DNA from: the human T2T-CHM13v2.0 reference genome, Homo sapiens
Assembly (NCBI RefSeq): GCF_009914755.1
Contig: NC_060927.1
Length of the DNA: 64,000 bases
Direction: 5' to 3' (one strand)
Numbering within the stretch: the first letter of the stretch is position 1; the number at the start of each line of letters is the position of its first letter. Positions 1 to 15,475 of the stretch are shown one piece after another. A model generated the notes under the pieces. That model did no database searches. It was not told the origin of the DNA and saw only the letters and a program-made list of their open reading frames with translations. The position numbers and the translations under genes were made by a program.

Positions 1-2623
1 AACTGCCTGCCAGGCCTGTGGGGTGTGGTGGGCTTCCCCACTCTGGCTCTGGGTCATCACCTCACAGGGATTCAGGAAGTAAATCAGAGCTTCCATAGAG
101 AACATGGTCACCATGGGGATGCTATTTTCAGGAACTCAGCATCTTGCCCTCCTTGCTCCTCCGTCTCGGTCTGAGGTCATTACTAACCAACAAAAGGCAC
201 AGAATGGGCAAGATCACTCTCCAAACATGGCCAACTTCCTTGTGTCTCTAGATAAGCTTGCCCTTTCATTGAGGGAATCACAGACTCCTGGCATGAACCA
301 GCCTGATCCTGACATCTACAACCCATTAGCAAATGGCTCTCCTAACTCAGGAGACACTCAAAGCTCTGTACATACTACCACGGCTGCCCCAGCACCAGCG
401 TAAGGACTCCAGGACTCACACACCTCACAGGGCCCCCAGTGTGCCAATCACCTCATAAACCCACAGTCCTTGTTGCACAACATGTAAAAACCTTCGTTGC
501 TGTCTCTGACAGGCTCTTTCAAATATCAGAGAAATGCGTTTTATAAAATCTTTGGAAGCATTGAATTTCCTTGCCAACAACTCAAAATTATGTTTAAGCC
601 TATCCAAAATGTCTGAAAACATCCAGTTTTCTGACAAAGAGGAAAAGGGACTCAATGCATTTTTTAAAATTCTTATTTTTCACTTGGTACTACTGTATGA
701 GTTCCTAGTCATGACCTAGATATCATTTTAGAAGTAAAGGACCTTCTCTGACCTCCAAGTTTTTTCTATACCTGCCCAGATGCCCTAAATGCCTTAAACA
801 ATAGCAACGGCAATTTAGTCAAATTAAGATACAAAGATGCTGACTGACTCATGCAAACCTATTTATGCTATGGTCCAAGTGACTAATACTCATAATATTG
901 CCCAGAAACTGGCTCAGACAGCATCTGAGTAGTCACACAAGGAAAGAAGAATCATCAGGGGAGGAGGAGGTTGGAGGCGTGGAAGTCAACCTTTCTCCAC
1001 CTTCAAAATTTTGCTCCCAACACAATAGCTAAGGGCTGACCCAGAGAGGACACCTTACAGTTGGATTCCTCCCCCAGTCCCAAATAAGGAGGAGCCTACC
1101 AGTTGTAAAGTCTCCCCTGACCAAGAAAGAATGTTAAGGACAAGGATGGTTAAAAAGGCAGAAAAGCCTTTCTGGAAGAGTCCATTGCCTAGGCCTGGTT
1201 CAGCACACCCAACGGCAACTATCTAGTTACCACCTACAGAAAGGGAGGCACTTGGCTGGTACCTGCAGCTTCGAAGGCCTGGAGGTCCTGCTGGCCCAGG
1301 GGCTGGAACAATCAGTGGGCAGGCAGACTGCCCTTCCCAGAGCTTCAAGAGGGTGGCTAGGAGAGTGCTCCGGAGTTTGCCAGAGGCCAGCTCAGAGGCA
1401 GGCATTTCAGCACACGTGAACAAAGACTCATTAGGTGACCCAACCCCTTGGACCTATGATTAAAGTGTTAACCCACTGCATGCCTGGGTCATCTTTCCCA
1501 AACACTCCTTTTTGCTTGTCATCTTCTCTCTTTCATAAAGGGAATGAGAACTTGAGGCTTTGCCATGGCTTCTTCAACCTTCTCTTGGTCCCCTTCCCCC
1601 CACCAACAATAGCAGTTTCCTTGGTTGCTCTCCCAGAACACATACAAAACAGCCACTATTCGAGTCCATGGACCCCAGAGAGCAGGACTTAGAGGGCTCT
1701 GAGGTGTTGCTTTTGGATCTGGGGAAGCCAAGTCTTTTTTTAGTGAGGTGGGCAGTTGCTCAAGGGAGGAGCCACACCTCTGTACTTGACGCTGTGGGGC
1801 TGAGAAAATATCCAAGAGGTGACAATGACAGGCATGAGAATCTGGACAATCTCTGGAACAACTGCATCAATAATTAAGAACTCAACTGGTGCATCTACTC
1901 CTGCTCCAAAGAATACAGGCCCAACCTAGATGGGGAAAAACTACAGATCTCCAAAATTATATGCTCTGGGACCTCTCCTGACCGAAGTGTCAGGGGGTCA
2001 ATCCAGCTAGTTATGAACTAAGAACTGAATCTCTGATAGAATATGACATAGCCACAAAACATGGCCTTGAGGAAGCAGCAGGCAACTTCTGTGTGCTAAC
2101 AAACTGCCAGCCAGGTAAAAGGTATTTTTTGGCAGCACGATTAAGAGGCAAGCCTGAACCAGGAGCCGGGGCTATAGCTGTGAAAAGGGGCAGTGGGTGG
2201 AGCTCTGACCTTTAAGGAACTCAGGCTCAGCAGGAGAAATAGATAACATATACCCCAATAAAAACTAGTAAGAAGGAGCACTTGAGGCCTGGTAAGTGCT
2301 TTGATAAGAACAAGTGAACATACAAGGTACCACACTGTACTCCGCTCATGATTCTCAGCCCTCACTGCAGAGTCTCACATTATGCTTCTGTGGCTTCTGG
2401 GGCCATTTGTCACAATGGTAATTTTTTGTTGAATCTCTATTCTTTCCACTTGACTGTAAACTTCGTTGCTGTTCATGATTTCCCCTAGCACAGTTCTGGC
2501 ACATGGAGAGCCCTCAATAAATTACTGCTGAATGAATGAATGAATTAGACAAAACAAAACACATAGATCCTTGCCCCACCATACAAACTAAACTTTGAGG
2601 CATAGAAATGTACAAAGATGTAA

Positions 2624-2955
<332 letters not shown>

Positions 2956-3637
2956 ATCATGAGCACATTTTTAAAAAAATTCTATTTCTCTGATTTTTCA
3001 ATTTTCCTTTATTGAGCATAAATTATTTGTATGTTGAATAAAATAATGCACTTAAAACACCATGTAGAAATTGTGAACATTATGTTGTAATTATTGTAAA
3101 AATATTGTGAGCTATTATTCCCAGAGTGAATAGAATAATATAATTCAGGGATGGATGAAGTGTGTCTACTCCACACTGCCTACCTAGCCTCTCTTTATAA
3201 ACAGACCTCTGGTGTCCTGAGAGCTCAGGTGACTGCTGTCAGACATGGGTACAAATCTCTTAACCCAGCTTGTGAGGCCCTTTACAGATGGGCTGCCTGA
3301 CCTCGATAGGGATAGGCCCATCTTCTTGTCCCTCCTCCTTCCCTTCTTCCCCTCTGCCTATGTTCAGGCATCCCTGCGATGCCCTTCTGTGGCTGGGCCC
3401 TGCCTCCAGGGTTTGAATGCTCTGCTCCCTCTGCCAAGGCCATGCCCTGCCCAGCTCATGCTCCCTACACCTTCCTTTGGCCAGCTGCTCCAGTCTCGCT
3501 GGGTTTGGTGTGGACAGGAGGAAGTGTGAACCACAGTTCGGTTCCCGAGGAAGCCTTACCCACAGCCTCCTTCACCCCATCCTGGAAAATGAAAAGCACC
3601 GCCACCCTCACAAACAACCCTGCTAACCCAAACCTCC

Positions 3638-4047
3638 TGTCAGGGGGTGAATTGTGCACACCACCCCACCGCATTTCGATGTTGAAGCCCTAACCCTCAT
3701 ACCTCAGAATGTGACTGCATTTGAAGACAGGGCCTTTAAAGAGGTAATGAAGATTAAATGAGGCCATGAGAGTGGGCCCAAATCCAATTGGAACTGGTGA
3801 GTTTATAAGGGGAATTCTGGACACACACAAGAGATACCAGGGATGCGGAGCACAGAGGAAAAGCCGTGTGAGGCCACAGCAAGAAGGCGGCTGTCTGAGA
3901 GCCAAGGAGAGAGGCCTCAGGAGAAGCCAAACCTGCCAATGGCTTGATCTGGGACTTACAGCCTCCAGAACTGTAAGAAAGTACATTTCTGCTGCTTAAG
4001 CCACTCAGTTTGTGGTATTTTGTTATGGCAGCCCTAGCACAAATACA
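3638..4047 (+). mobile_element. MaLR solo LTR (MLT1A/B-like)
   Basis: TG...ACA termini, MLT1 motifs (cagaatgtgactgcatttg, gttatggcagccctag), 5-bp TSD cctcc on both sides. Confidence 0.85.
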
Positions 4048-7000
4048 CCTCCCAAGGCCCTTGTCTCTCCATTCCTGAAAGTGTGCATGTGACACCATCA
4101 ACAAGGCAACCTGGGGAGGGGAGGTGCTGGTGGGCCTGGGTTCTGTTGCACTTCTTGGGGAGGAGCATGACAACAGCAGTGCCAGCGTAGGTGCAGAGAG
4201 GCAGAAGGTGGGGCCATGCTGCAGATGGGAGGGGCAAGCAGGACCCAGGATGGCTCTGAAGCTGGAGTTGGAGCAATGAGCAAGATATTTTCTTCTCTCT
4301 TACCAGTGGTAGCCAAGTTTTGTCAAATGGGACCCTATTTAGATTTTGGAATCAGACTAGTTACGTGAACTTTCCATTATGTATTATGCAACAAAGATCA
4401 TGCCATGGTTGGGTGAGACCCAAGGTATATTTAGCTTACTCAACTATTTTTAGGCACTCTATCTGTCCTGGGGAAGTCATTTGACCTCTTCCTACCTTTC
4501 TTTTTTCAGATGCAATGTTGAGAGGTAAACTTCCTTCATGTGAATTAATTAAGAATTGCAACCCTTGAAGGAGGTGGGAAAGGGGGGGTAACAGACATTC
4601 TCAGTGGCTGAGGCTTCTAAGTGTCCCCTCCCTGCTCCTGACCAAGTCTACAGATACCCTGGAAAAAGCATCTGGGGCTGCAGAGTCAACTTCAGGAAAT
4701 TCCTTCCAGCTCCATTTTAAACCACTGTTTCTGATTCAGCTATCCAGCCCTATCCTGGACTTCACATAGGGATTCTTCTCTTGGCCTTGCCCCCTGCATG
4801 CTAATGGTTTTCTTGGAATGCTTTTTTTGGTCCAAGCTTTTCTTTTGTATGCTAAGGACTTCCCCTAACTCGGGTTCCTGGGACTGGCCTAGGGTATAGT
4901 ACTCTAGATTCCTGAGGTAGTTGGCCAGATCAGCCCTTGGGTCCCAGCCACAGGGCCACAATACTATACCCAAACCACAGATTCTCCTTAAGTCTTTCAT
5001 CAGAACCACACTGATGTACACATCCTCCAAATGGCATCCGGCCTAATGAGAAACAGGCCCTTGGTGCCTTTCAAATGCCACAGAGATCCAAGTGAACAGG
5101 AAGGACCACTGGAAGTTACTAAAATCAACAGGTTGACTGGCTCCCATGTGAGAAAAGGGATAAAACTGCTCTTGCCTAACTGAGCACAGCTTCTGCCATC
5201 ATCCTCTTCTCAAAGCCATGGGGCCCATTTGCTCCAAGGCAATGGCTCTTATTATGGGGGTAGTACAGACATTTCAGCCATTTTTGTGATGTATCAACGA
5301 ACAGCAAGAAGGTAAACAGCATTTCCATAGGTAGAACCACAGAAACATTCCAATTCCCACCCTATTGATTTATTTAATTGCTCAGATAGAGGCTCTTATA
5401 CCAATAAAGACTTCTTATTTTCTTGAAACTGGCATTGAGCTCACAAACAAAATACTGTTTATCTTTTGACTAAGACAAGAACATAGCAGTCATGACGTGA
5501 GCAGATGTTGCCCTGACCATAATGGACTCATCTGTGCTCACAAGTTGCCTCTGTAATCACAGGCACCAGTTAATGACCCTTACCTGCTGCCTAGGGCTGC
5601 TTGCAGTGAACGTGGTTCCTAAATCTAGGTGCCTACCAGTGATTTCCACCATAAGACCACAGCTAGACAACACACTTCCTCTGCCTCATGTTTAAAGACA
5701 TTCTAGTCTTGAGTCACCAAAGCTGTGTCTTTGGAATCTTCAGTAAACAAAAGTTACCTATCAGCTAAACATCTCCCCTAAAGGGAAGCAGGGTGGGTGG
5801 GGGTGAGGGGGCTGCCATTTCTTGCGTACCTACTTTGTATTCTTGAGTCAGCAGTCCATAGCCTTGGTGACCAATATGGGTCAAAGCTACCAGCTGCTCT
5901 GATCTTGCTCTGTTATGGGTGATTCCTCTCATCACAAACATCTATGGGGGCCATCCCCCTCAAAAAGGACCAGGTTAAAAACTTGGCTCCTGAAATTATA
6001 CTGGTGCTCCAAACCCAGCCCCAAGGGGCAAAGGTCATCGGAACAACAGCTAAAGGATCACTGCCTGAGACTGTTACCAATCTCTAAAGTAACTGCAAAA
6101 AAAAAAAAAAATCAAAGTAAAATATTAAGAATTGAGTATACGGATATTCACCATACAATCCTTTCAGTGATTCTGTATGTTTATTTTTCTAATAAAATAT
6201 TAAAAACAATTTAAAAAGTAAATGAAGTGCTACACAAAGATAGTCACTTTGAACATAAACAGATAAACTCTATTTCCTAAAGCAAGAGCCTTTAGGAGAG
6301 ATCCTATTAATCAAAGGAGGCTGAGATCCATCACTGTGACAATTAGCTCTTATTTTCAGGGTGATAATAACCACGGTGCACAACTAGTATGGGGCATTCA
6401 ATGCTTTCAGAACAGTGGTTGTCACAGAAGGGAGGGTCAAGTGGAGCTCACTCAACAGGGGTCCACTTCAGAAGGTGGGAACTACTGAAAGCAGAAAACC
6501 TTGGCATGATAGCTCCAGCTCCCCACCCCTCCCCCACACCAGCCCCCAACACCCTCCAGCCGCATTAGGCAGATGGCAGGGGAATTAAGCTTGCAGCCTG
6601 AGACCACAAGGCCTGCACGGGCAGGAGAACCAGTGAGCAGATTAAGCCCTGGATCCTCTGCCCCGCAAAAGCCCCTGACCCATTTCTCTGTCGGGAAAGG
6701 AAACTGCTGTGGTAAGACAAGCAGAGGGGCTGAGAGGCTCTGGCCAACACAGGCAGTTTCAACAAGTGTTCTATTTTTTTTTCTGGAGAGGACACCCAAT
6801 GGGAACAGTGAAGAGTGACAGGGACATCAGAGAATACATGTGCTTTAACAGGGGGCCACGCGGTTAACGTGTCAACCACATGTGCTTTTCTTACAAAAAA
6901 TAAAATCCCGCCATCCTCCCCCCTCCCCGCCCCACCCCCGCCAGGTTTCAACAGCACGGACTCCAGTCCAGTGCAGTGCCGCCACACCAGAGACAACAGG

Positions 7001-7599
7001 TGTTTCGGGAAAAGACCCCTGGGGGCTAGCTCGAGACCCTGCGCATGGGCACAAGGGGCAGTGGATAGTGAATAGGTCTTGGCCAAAGGATGGGCCAGGA
7101 AGAAAGAAGCTTCTTCCCCTCCTGGGAAGAGGGCAGAGATCCGAGCACCAGCGGAGTCTTGCAAAGTGAAGGTCTGGGCTGTCCCGGCCCAACTGGGCCA
7201 GAGACTAAACTTCCTAAAGACCACGCAGGCAGGAACTCCGGGGCCTGCCCCATCCTGCGCTAAGACATTCAGGCTTGTTCTGAGACGCCGCATGGTGGGC
7301 TCCTTTCCTTTGCGGGCCCTCCGCCCTCCGGGGTCTTGGAACTGGTGTTTGGGGTCTGTCTTTCTAACCGACCAACAGAGGCAGGCTGGGTGCCTGGGCC
7401 GGCTTCCACCTGCCCGAGGTGCTTCCCGGCCCGCTGGGCAAGGACGGGGGCGCTCGGGCAGGGTCTGAGGGAGACCTGGGATGGGCGGGGACTGTAAGGG
7501 CAACAGGTGACAAGCCGCGCCCCGAGCGAAGCTCTCGCCTCAGGGATCGTGAGCGACCCAGGTGCCCCCAGAGTCCAGCCGGTCTTCCGCGGCACTTAC

Positions 7600-7700
7600 G
7601 CGCTCGTGGGTCCACCGCCGGGCAGAACCGAAACTTTCTGGGGCCAAGCGGAAGAGGACGGGAACGCGGTGCTGACGGCCATGACGCGCACACCAAGAGG
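7600..7700 (-). other. FYCO1: Non-coding first exon (5' UTR) of FYCO1; intron 1 runs to the window start
   Basis: Strong minus-strand donor GC|GTAAGT (acttac at 7594-7599) inside the CpG island, just downstream of the promoter motifs; TSS approximate. Confidence 0.7.
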
Positions 7701-7712
7701 GTGGCGGGGGCG

Positions 7713-7794
7713 GACTACAACTCCCGGCGTGCTCCCCGGGGCTGAGGCCTGCAACTCCCATCGGACTCCCGGGGCTCCGACTACAACTCCCGGC
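7713..7794 (+). promoter_or_regulatory. Three tandem ACTACAnnTCCC (ZNF143/SBS, THAP11-associated) motifs
   Basis: gactacaactcccggc at 7713 and 7779, variant gcctgcaactcccatc at 7747. Confidence 0.8.
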
Positions 7795-7959
7795 GACTCC
7801 GCAGGGCGGGGTTTAAGTGCTCCCACCGCCCAGTCCCCGGACCGACTGTCCCACCCGCGACCCATGCTGGCCCCAGGTTAACGCCTGCAACCCCGGAGGG
7901 CCACAAATCAAAGGTCTGGCATCTTGACAACAACGCTGTTCTTGTGTGGCTAAGGAGCA

Positions 7960-8125
7960 CTCCAAAGGTAGCTAGTTCGAGTTGAATCGTGCACGTGCTG
8001 TAAGTGTGAAATACACCTAGGTACCAAAGAGTCCGAAGAATGTTAACTAGCTCATTAATTTTTAGTGATTGCATGTTAAAATGATAATATTTTGATATAT
8101 TGGGAAATAGAAAAACATGTATTGG
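7960..8125. mobile_element. hAT-Charlie DNA transposon fragment (MER33/MER3-like)
   Basis: gtgctgtaagtgtgaaatacac...gttaaaatgataatattttgatatattgg resembles the MER33 consensus. Confidence 0.55.
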
Positions 8126-9435
8126 TGGGCCTAATTTCCCATCTTTTAATCCCCCTTATTTCTTAATATCAGGGTCTTACTTAAAATTAGTGCTCAAAAA
8201 CTACGTGTTTATGAACTACCACCCCTAACTTTGGCCCCATCCTCAGCCCAACTTCTATTTATAAGATGGGTGTTGCAAAGCACTGTGGAACTGAATACGA
8301 TAGAACAAAATGCATTCAATCAGTGTCCGCTATGGGCACAGTAGAAAAGAGGAACACTACACGGGGACTTTGGCTTCTAACTGACTGCATTCCTTAGCTG
8401 TGGCTGGCTATCCTTTACTCTCTGCCCTAGTTCTCATCATTTAAGCCAGAAACAGCTCTCTCCCTTGTAGGACCTAGCTCGTGGTATCCAGTCAGGAACC
8501 GTGGTGGCCCAACATTCTAAACTGAGGAAGCAGGGTGTTGTCTGGGTACAATAATACAGAAAGAAAATCAATTTCTTAGTCGATTTTAGGCTATGACATC
8601 TCATTAGCCATCTAATTTTATAAATTAGATGTAGCTAAAACAGTGAGTTGGATGGATGGAGTAGTCAGTTTGGGGGTGGGGTTGGGAGGAGGTACATGAA
8701 TAGAAGTGATTTCCACTCTTGTTAACAGAAAGGAGAACAGAAAGAAAACGGGGGGAGTGAGAAGATGACAAAGAGAAAAGTAATCAATGTAGTGGTCTAA
8801 GAGAAATCATTGCTCCAACCACTGTCTGAACAGCTTCATGCAATATTAAGGATGAGAGAGATTTTAATGTTGGTCATCTGGTCCAATATCCTTGTTTGAA
8901 ACTGTGTGGGGAAAAAAAAACCTCCCTCAAACCGTATTTTTCCTCTACTCTTACACAACAGCAATCATCAACACAGGAGAATAATTTGGTGACCAGATGT
9001 GTGTGGGGTTTTCCCCACACACTGAGCAGTGGACCGCACCTGGGTGTCCTCCAATTCAATTCCGACACTATCTACCTGGAGTATCAGATCCCACAAGTGG
9101 AGGGCTCAGTCCCCAAGACTGCCTCCTCACCTTTAAACACCAGTTGTAAGTCTAGGCCTCCAGAATTTTGGAATGACTGGCTTCAAGTTGAGTTCCCACG
9201 ACACCCTCTTTGGGTTCAGCTAATTTGCTAAAGTGGTTCATAGAACTCAGAGAAACACATTTACTGGTCTATTATAAAGGATACTGCAATGGATGCAGAT
9301 AAAGAGACACGTAGGATGAGGTGTGGAGGAAGGGGCGTGGGGCTTCCATGCCTTCCCTGGATGCACCACTCTTCAGTAACCTCCACGTGTTCAGCTATCC
9401 CGAAGCTCCCCGAATCCAGTCCTCTTGGGCTTTTA

Positions 9436-9868
<433 letters not shown>

Positions 9869-9996
9869 TTAAAGCAGGTGAAAGGAGGGCAGAAGGCCAG
9901 AGAGATTCGGTTTCCTGAAGCCTAACATACCTAACATAACAAAAGACTGTAACAAGGGCTATGGGAGTTATGAGCCAGGAACCATGGAAGAAAACC

Positions 9997-9998
<2 letters not shown>

Positions 9999-10048
<50 letters not shown>

Positions 10049-10066
10049 CAGACAGATAGACAGACA
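9999..10066. repeat. (GATA)n/(GACA)n tetranucleotide microsatellite
   Basis: About 12 GATA units followed by mixed GACA/GATA. Confidence 0.95.
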
Positions 10067-12961
10067 TCATAATACCACAGAAACTTAAACCCAAAAGGAG
10101 TTTGAAAAGAAAAGGAAAACAAACCTAATATTTATTGAGGACCTATATGCCAGTCCCTAGCCCCCCAGCAAAAAAACAAAAAACAACAACAAAAACCCAT
10201 TCAGCATTATATTTAAAACTTGCAGCCACTTGGTGACATAATTAGTATTCATTATCATACTTTGAAGATGAGGAGATGAAGCTCAGAGAGGTTAAATGAC
10301 TGTCCTGGTCCACCCACCTAATAAGTGGTGGAGAGTGGTGGAGGCTGGGGTAGAGCTGGGGGCTCCTGAGGGGTCTTCTGTCACCCAGCACACTGTCAGA
10401 TACAGGGAAGGTTAACAAAATCACTACTGTTCAGGTAGTTTAACTTGGATTTCCTTTATAGATACAGCAGAGTATTTCAAACTATAATCTTTCAAACAAA
10501 CATACAAACAAACGCAGCATATTCTTGTGTTCTGATGTGAATACACATTAAGAGATCAGATTCAAAATCACCAAATCCCCACACCCTCTCCTTACAGCCT
10601 TAACAAGTGGCAGAAGAGGAGACTATTCCTCACGGGAAGCTGACCGTGCCCACGGCCCTGAGGAGGGATGAGGCTCTTGGAATGATTGTTAAGGGCTTTT
10701 TATGTGCCAGGTGCCATGTTATGTGTATTCCACACCTGGTTTAGTTTTATCCTTATATCAGTCTCATGATACATAATTATCCACATTAAGCAGATAAGCA
10801 AACAGCCTTAGAGAAGTTAGCTAATTTGCCTAAAGCCCAAACCTTATAGTGGCAGAGACAAATTTTGAGCTCAGGTCTGTCCAATTAGAGTTTAAGCCTT
10901 TAACCACTGTGATGGCAGCTCCTTCCATGGGGCAGCCATGTGCTCTGCCAAGGACCCTACCATTGTGGCCCCTGCTGGTCAGGCCAGAAGTGGATGCCAG
11001 CCATGCCAATGGCATGGGGTGGCAGCTCAAAAGAGTCAGCCTCCTCTTGATAGTCACTGGTCAATTAATCTCTCTGCTGGAAAATTCGAGTGTAAGACCC
11101 ACGGAAGGAATCAGAAGTTGACTGCAGAATCAACAGCTCTAAGCTGGTTGAGCTATCTTCCCCTACAGAACACAGCTTTTCAGTAATGATTCATAGACAA
11201 TGCAGAAGGATGTGGACCTCAGGGCTCCGGAATTTGGTTTGAATTCTGACATGTATATTTTCCAGAATTTTTTCTCCATAACTCTACTATTGACTTTTCT
11301 CCTCAACCCTTCATCAACTGAAAACTTTTGAAATTTTAAAATAAGCTCTTGATAATACAGATTTAGACTTTTTCCATTTTAAGTGATAATAATAGAAAAT
11401 AGCATTTCCCACAGAATAAGGGGACTATACTTCCTGGTTCAGCCAAGAGAGCCCTGTTATCCCAGCATGAATATTCACAGCACCTCTGTTCACTCCCAGT
11501 GGTGTCCCATTTTCTCAATACATTATAGTTACTGTTCGGGAAAAACTCTCAAACCGGTTTTCCTCTGTTCTCACACCACAACAATCAACACAGAAGACTT
11601 CTGCATTTCCTGAGGATTCCTTTCCACCACAAAGCAAGCAATCACTTCTGCAGCAGATACCAACTGGGTGTCCTCCAATTGAATTCTGACACTGTCTACC
11701 TGAAGATGGTGTCAGAGCCTGCCACTTTGGGGCCCACAACCCAAGAATCATGCTTCCCTCCTTAGATACCAGTCACAAGTCCGGCCCTCCAGAACTTTTG
11801 ACTGACCAGCTTTGAGTTGGGGTTCCCAAGACCTCCTCTTTGGGTTTGATTGGTTTACTGAAGCACCTCACAGAACTCAGGGAAACACATTTACCAGTTT
11901 ATTAAAAGGATATTACAAAGGATACAGATAAAGAGACGATACACAGGGCAAGGTATGGGGGAAGGGGCGCCAGAGCTTCCATGCTCTCCCTGGGCATACC
12001 ACCCCCCAGGAACCTCCACGTGGTATGGAAACTCTGTGAACCCAGGCCACTTGGGTTTTTATGGAGGCTTCATTATATAAGCATGATTGATTAAGTCATT
12101 GGCCATTGGTGATCAACTTAACCTTCAGCTTCTCTCCCCTCTTGGTAGGTTGGTGGTGGAGCTAAGTCCCAACCCTCTAATCATGCCTCTGTCTATGGTG
12201 ACCAGCCCCACCCTGAAGCTGTCAGTCTCTTATTGCAGGTAGCTAGGCAGACATGAGCAGGGCAGGAGACCCCCTCACCCCTGCCAAGGAATGTCAGGCA
12301 ACCATCAGGTGATGGTTAGGGAGGAGGACGAGGAATCTCACATACACGTTTTCCTCCATTTCTTGAATCACTTCCATGCCCTTGCCAATATGCATCCAGA
12401 CCTTCAAGGTCATATTTGAAGGGAAAGAAGTCCATTCCATTCTGGCAGTTGGCTGAACTGGTACAGACACAGGCTTCTCATCTACTTTAAGAAAAATGTG
12501 AAATGAGATGATAAGAAAAGAGATACTCACTTTGTTGCTAGAATGCTCTGAGAGAGTCACTGTAAGTTCATGGATACAAGGATATAGGCTGGCCCAAGGC
12601 CACAGGCTCAAGAGACAAAAGTACCCACCGGACAGAGATGAAGGCTGGTCCCAGGCTACAGGCACAGAATAGATTACCCTAGAACAGAGATGAAGGCAAG
12701 GTTAGGGGTATCCGTAAGACCAGTTCATTCTGAAACTCCAAGGATGAATAAGGGGACCCCTATTCACTCTGGTATCTCCTGTCTTCTCAGGTGGATAAAC
12801 ATGATGAGATGGGAGCAAGCTTAAGGGTACCAGGTAAGACCGGTTCACTCTGGAGCCCCAAGGATGAATGGGGGATACCCTGTTCAGGAAGGGATAATAG
12901 GGAAATAAGAGAGGATACCTTCTTTTTCCCTTTTTTTTAATCCTCTATTCTCTCTTCACAG

Positions 12962-14445
12962 ATGGATAATCACATATTCATACCATGGGACATGCCCCTC
13001 GGATGCATCCTCAAGAAGGGAGAAAAGTTTGAACCCCAAACCCTAAAAAGGAAAAGGCTAATATTTTTCTGTAACACAGCTTGGGTTGAATAAAATCTCC
13101 AGGACCAGTAATGTTGGCCAGAAAACAGAAGCATAAATTTTAATACAATCCATCAACTAGATTTGTTTTGCTGTCAACAGGGAAAATGAACAGAAATCCT
13201 TTATGTACAGGCCTTCGTGGCCCTAAGAAACAACCATGGCCTTTGTCAGGCTTGTAAAATGGATCCAGTGATGATAGCGGCCATTGTCAGGCAGCTGCCA
13301 CCAGTTGGTTTGGGAGGCCTCTTATTGGGTTTACCCAGGGCTCAAGCCCCAGAGGAACCAAGGGCAGAGCTTGGGTCAAACCCCACTGCCCCTTCTACCC
13401 CTTAATATCCAAGTCTTCCAGCCTTGGATCCTTGCTCTTTCTAGCCAGGGCCACCCTCTGGACACCACCCCCTTAAGTTATGCCCCTTTCAAGAGGTTAG
13501 CAGCCCCAGTGGACCCACTAGAGTCCAGACTCCGTTCACTATGTAAGACCTGAGCCAGATTAAGATGGAAGTAGGAAGTTTATGGAAGACCCTGAAAAAT
13601 ACATCAAAGCGTTCCGTAAACTGGGCTAAACATTTGAACTCACCTGGAGGGCCCTCTCAGTCATACTATGGCAAACTCTGTTTAAGGGAGAATGTGACTC
13701 CATTACAGAGGTGACCCAGCAATTTATAACTACAATGCACATGACTGACTCTGGTGGCAACACTGTGGGGGCCACCGCAGTTCCCTAGGTTGACCCTAAT
13801 TCGGGTTACCATACCTGGGGGCGGTATATGGGCAAGGAACCACATGTTTCTCTGTCTGGTAGAAGGAATGAAAGCTAGCAAAACAGAGCCTATGAACTAT
13901 AATAAATCGGCCTTAATAGATCAAGGCCCTCTTGAAAACCCCTAGAGAGGCTACAAGAGGCACTAATGAAACATACTAACCTAGACCCAGACACACCAGA
14001 AAGACAACTGACCCTAAAGGACCATTTCCTAACTCCGGCAGCCCCAGATATTCAGAGGAAACTCCAAAAGCTAGCACTGGGCCCCAACGCCCCGGGCCTG
14101 ATATCTTCAAAATAGCTTCCTCAATCTTCTACAACCAAAACCAGGAGAAGGAGGAAAGAGCTCAGGAAAAGGGAGGCAAAAGGAAAAGTAGCAGCTCCAA
14201 CTCTTGGCTGCACTACAAGTCTGCCAGCCCCCTCCAGGTTGCCCTCAGATTACCCTCGCAGGTAACTGCCATCAGCACAGGAGGGCAGGCCACTGGAAGG
14301 CAAACTGCCCCAATAGGACTGATGGAAAAAAGCCCCGCATGGCTTGCCCCCACTGCCACAAGCTTGGCCACTGAAAATGGGACTGCCCTGAGGATCGAAG
14401 GGACTCTGGGACAGAATCCCAACCCCTGATGGCCTTGAGCTGAAG
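12962..14445 (+). pseudogene. ERV gag remnant
   Basis: PLGCILK..KFEPQTLKRKRLIFFCNTAW matrix start; two decayed CCHC-type knuckles (NCHQHRRAGHWKANCP, ACPHCHKLGH*KWDCP); stops and frameshifts. Confidence 0.85.
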
Positions 14446-15082
14446 GAGCCCTACACATCAGCCAGCTCCCAGATTGAACATCACTGTTGAAGGGACAGAC
14501 CCAAGGGCTGCTTTGGACATGGCAGGTAGGACTATAAGTTTTCTTTTGGATATGGGAGTGGACTACTCAGTGCTTACCTCTTTTCCTGAGCAATTATCCT
14601 CCAAATCCTCGCTGGTGCTGGGGCTAAATGAGGTGCCTATAAGCTGAAGATTTACTCCTCCTCTCTGGTGCCTGTAGGGGGAAACTGTCTTTTCTCATTC
14701 ATTTTTAATGATGCCAGAATGTCCTATGCCCCTTTTGGGTAGAGATAGTTTATTTAGACTAGAGGCTTAGTTAACCTTTCCTCTAAGGCAACACCTCCTT
14801 TTCCAAATGCAATCTTATGCCTCAAGGAAACCACACACAGGATGAACTGCTAACAGACCTTTCCATTAATCCAGAGGTCTGGGCCACAGGAATACATGGA
14901 AAGGCCATAATGGCAATGCCTGTAGTAATTCATCTCAAGGATCCTTCTTGCTATCCTTGTAGAAGGCAGCTGGCCAAAGAGGGACTTTGGCTCCTGATTG
15001 AAAATTTTCTGTAACGTGAATTATTAATACTCGATAACTTGCCCTGTAACACCTGCATCCTACCTGTTAAGAAGAGCAATGA

Positions 15083-15429
<347 letters not shown>

Positions 15430-15475
15430 TCATAAATGAGGCAGTAGTCCCAGTGGTCCCCAACCCATATATATT

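Larger units (their letters stand above)
6880..7900. promoter_or_regulatory. FYCO1: CpG island / promoter of the minus-strand gene (FYCO1 by synteny)
   Basis: Dense CpGs; GC boxes (ggggcgg 7707, gggcgggg 7804); SBS-type motifs. The gene name is inferred from known gene order next to XCR1; no coding sequence of it lies in the window. Confidence 0.8.

Noticed and set aside
6565-7503. 312-aa minus-strand ORF and overlapping ORFs in the CpG island
   Set aside because: Non-ATG start, low-complexity P/G/R composition, no domain; expected from stop-codon scarcity in GC-rich DNA, and it lies in intron 1.
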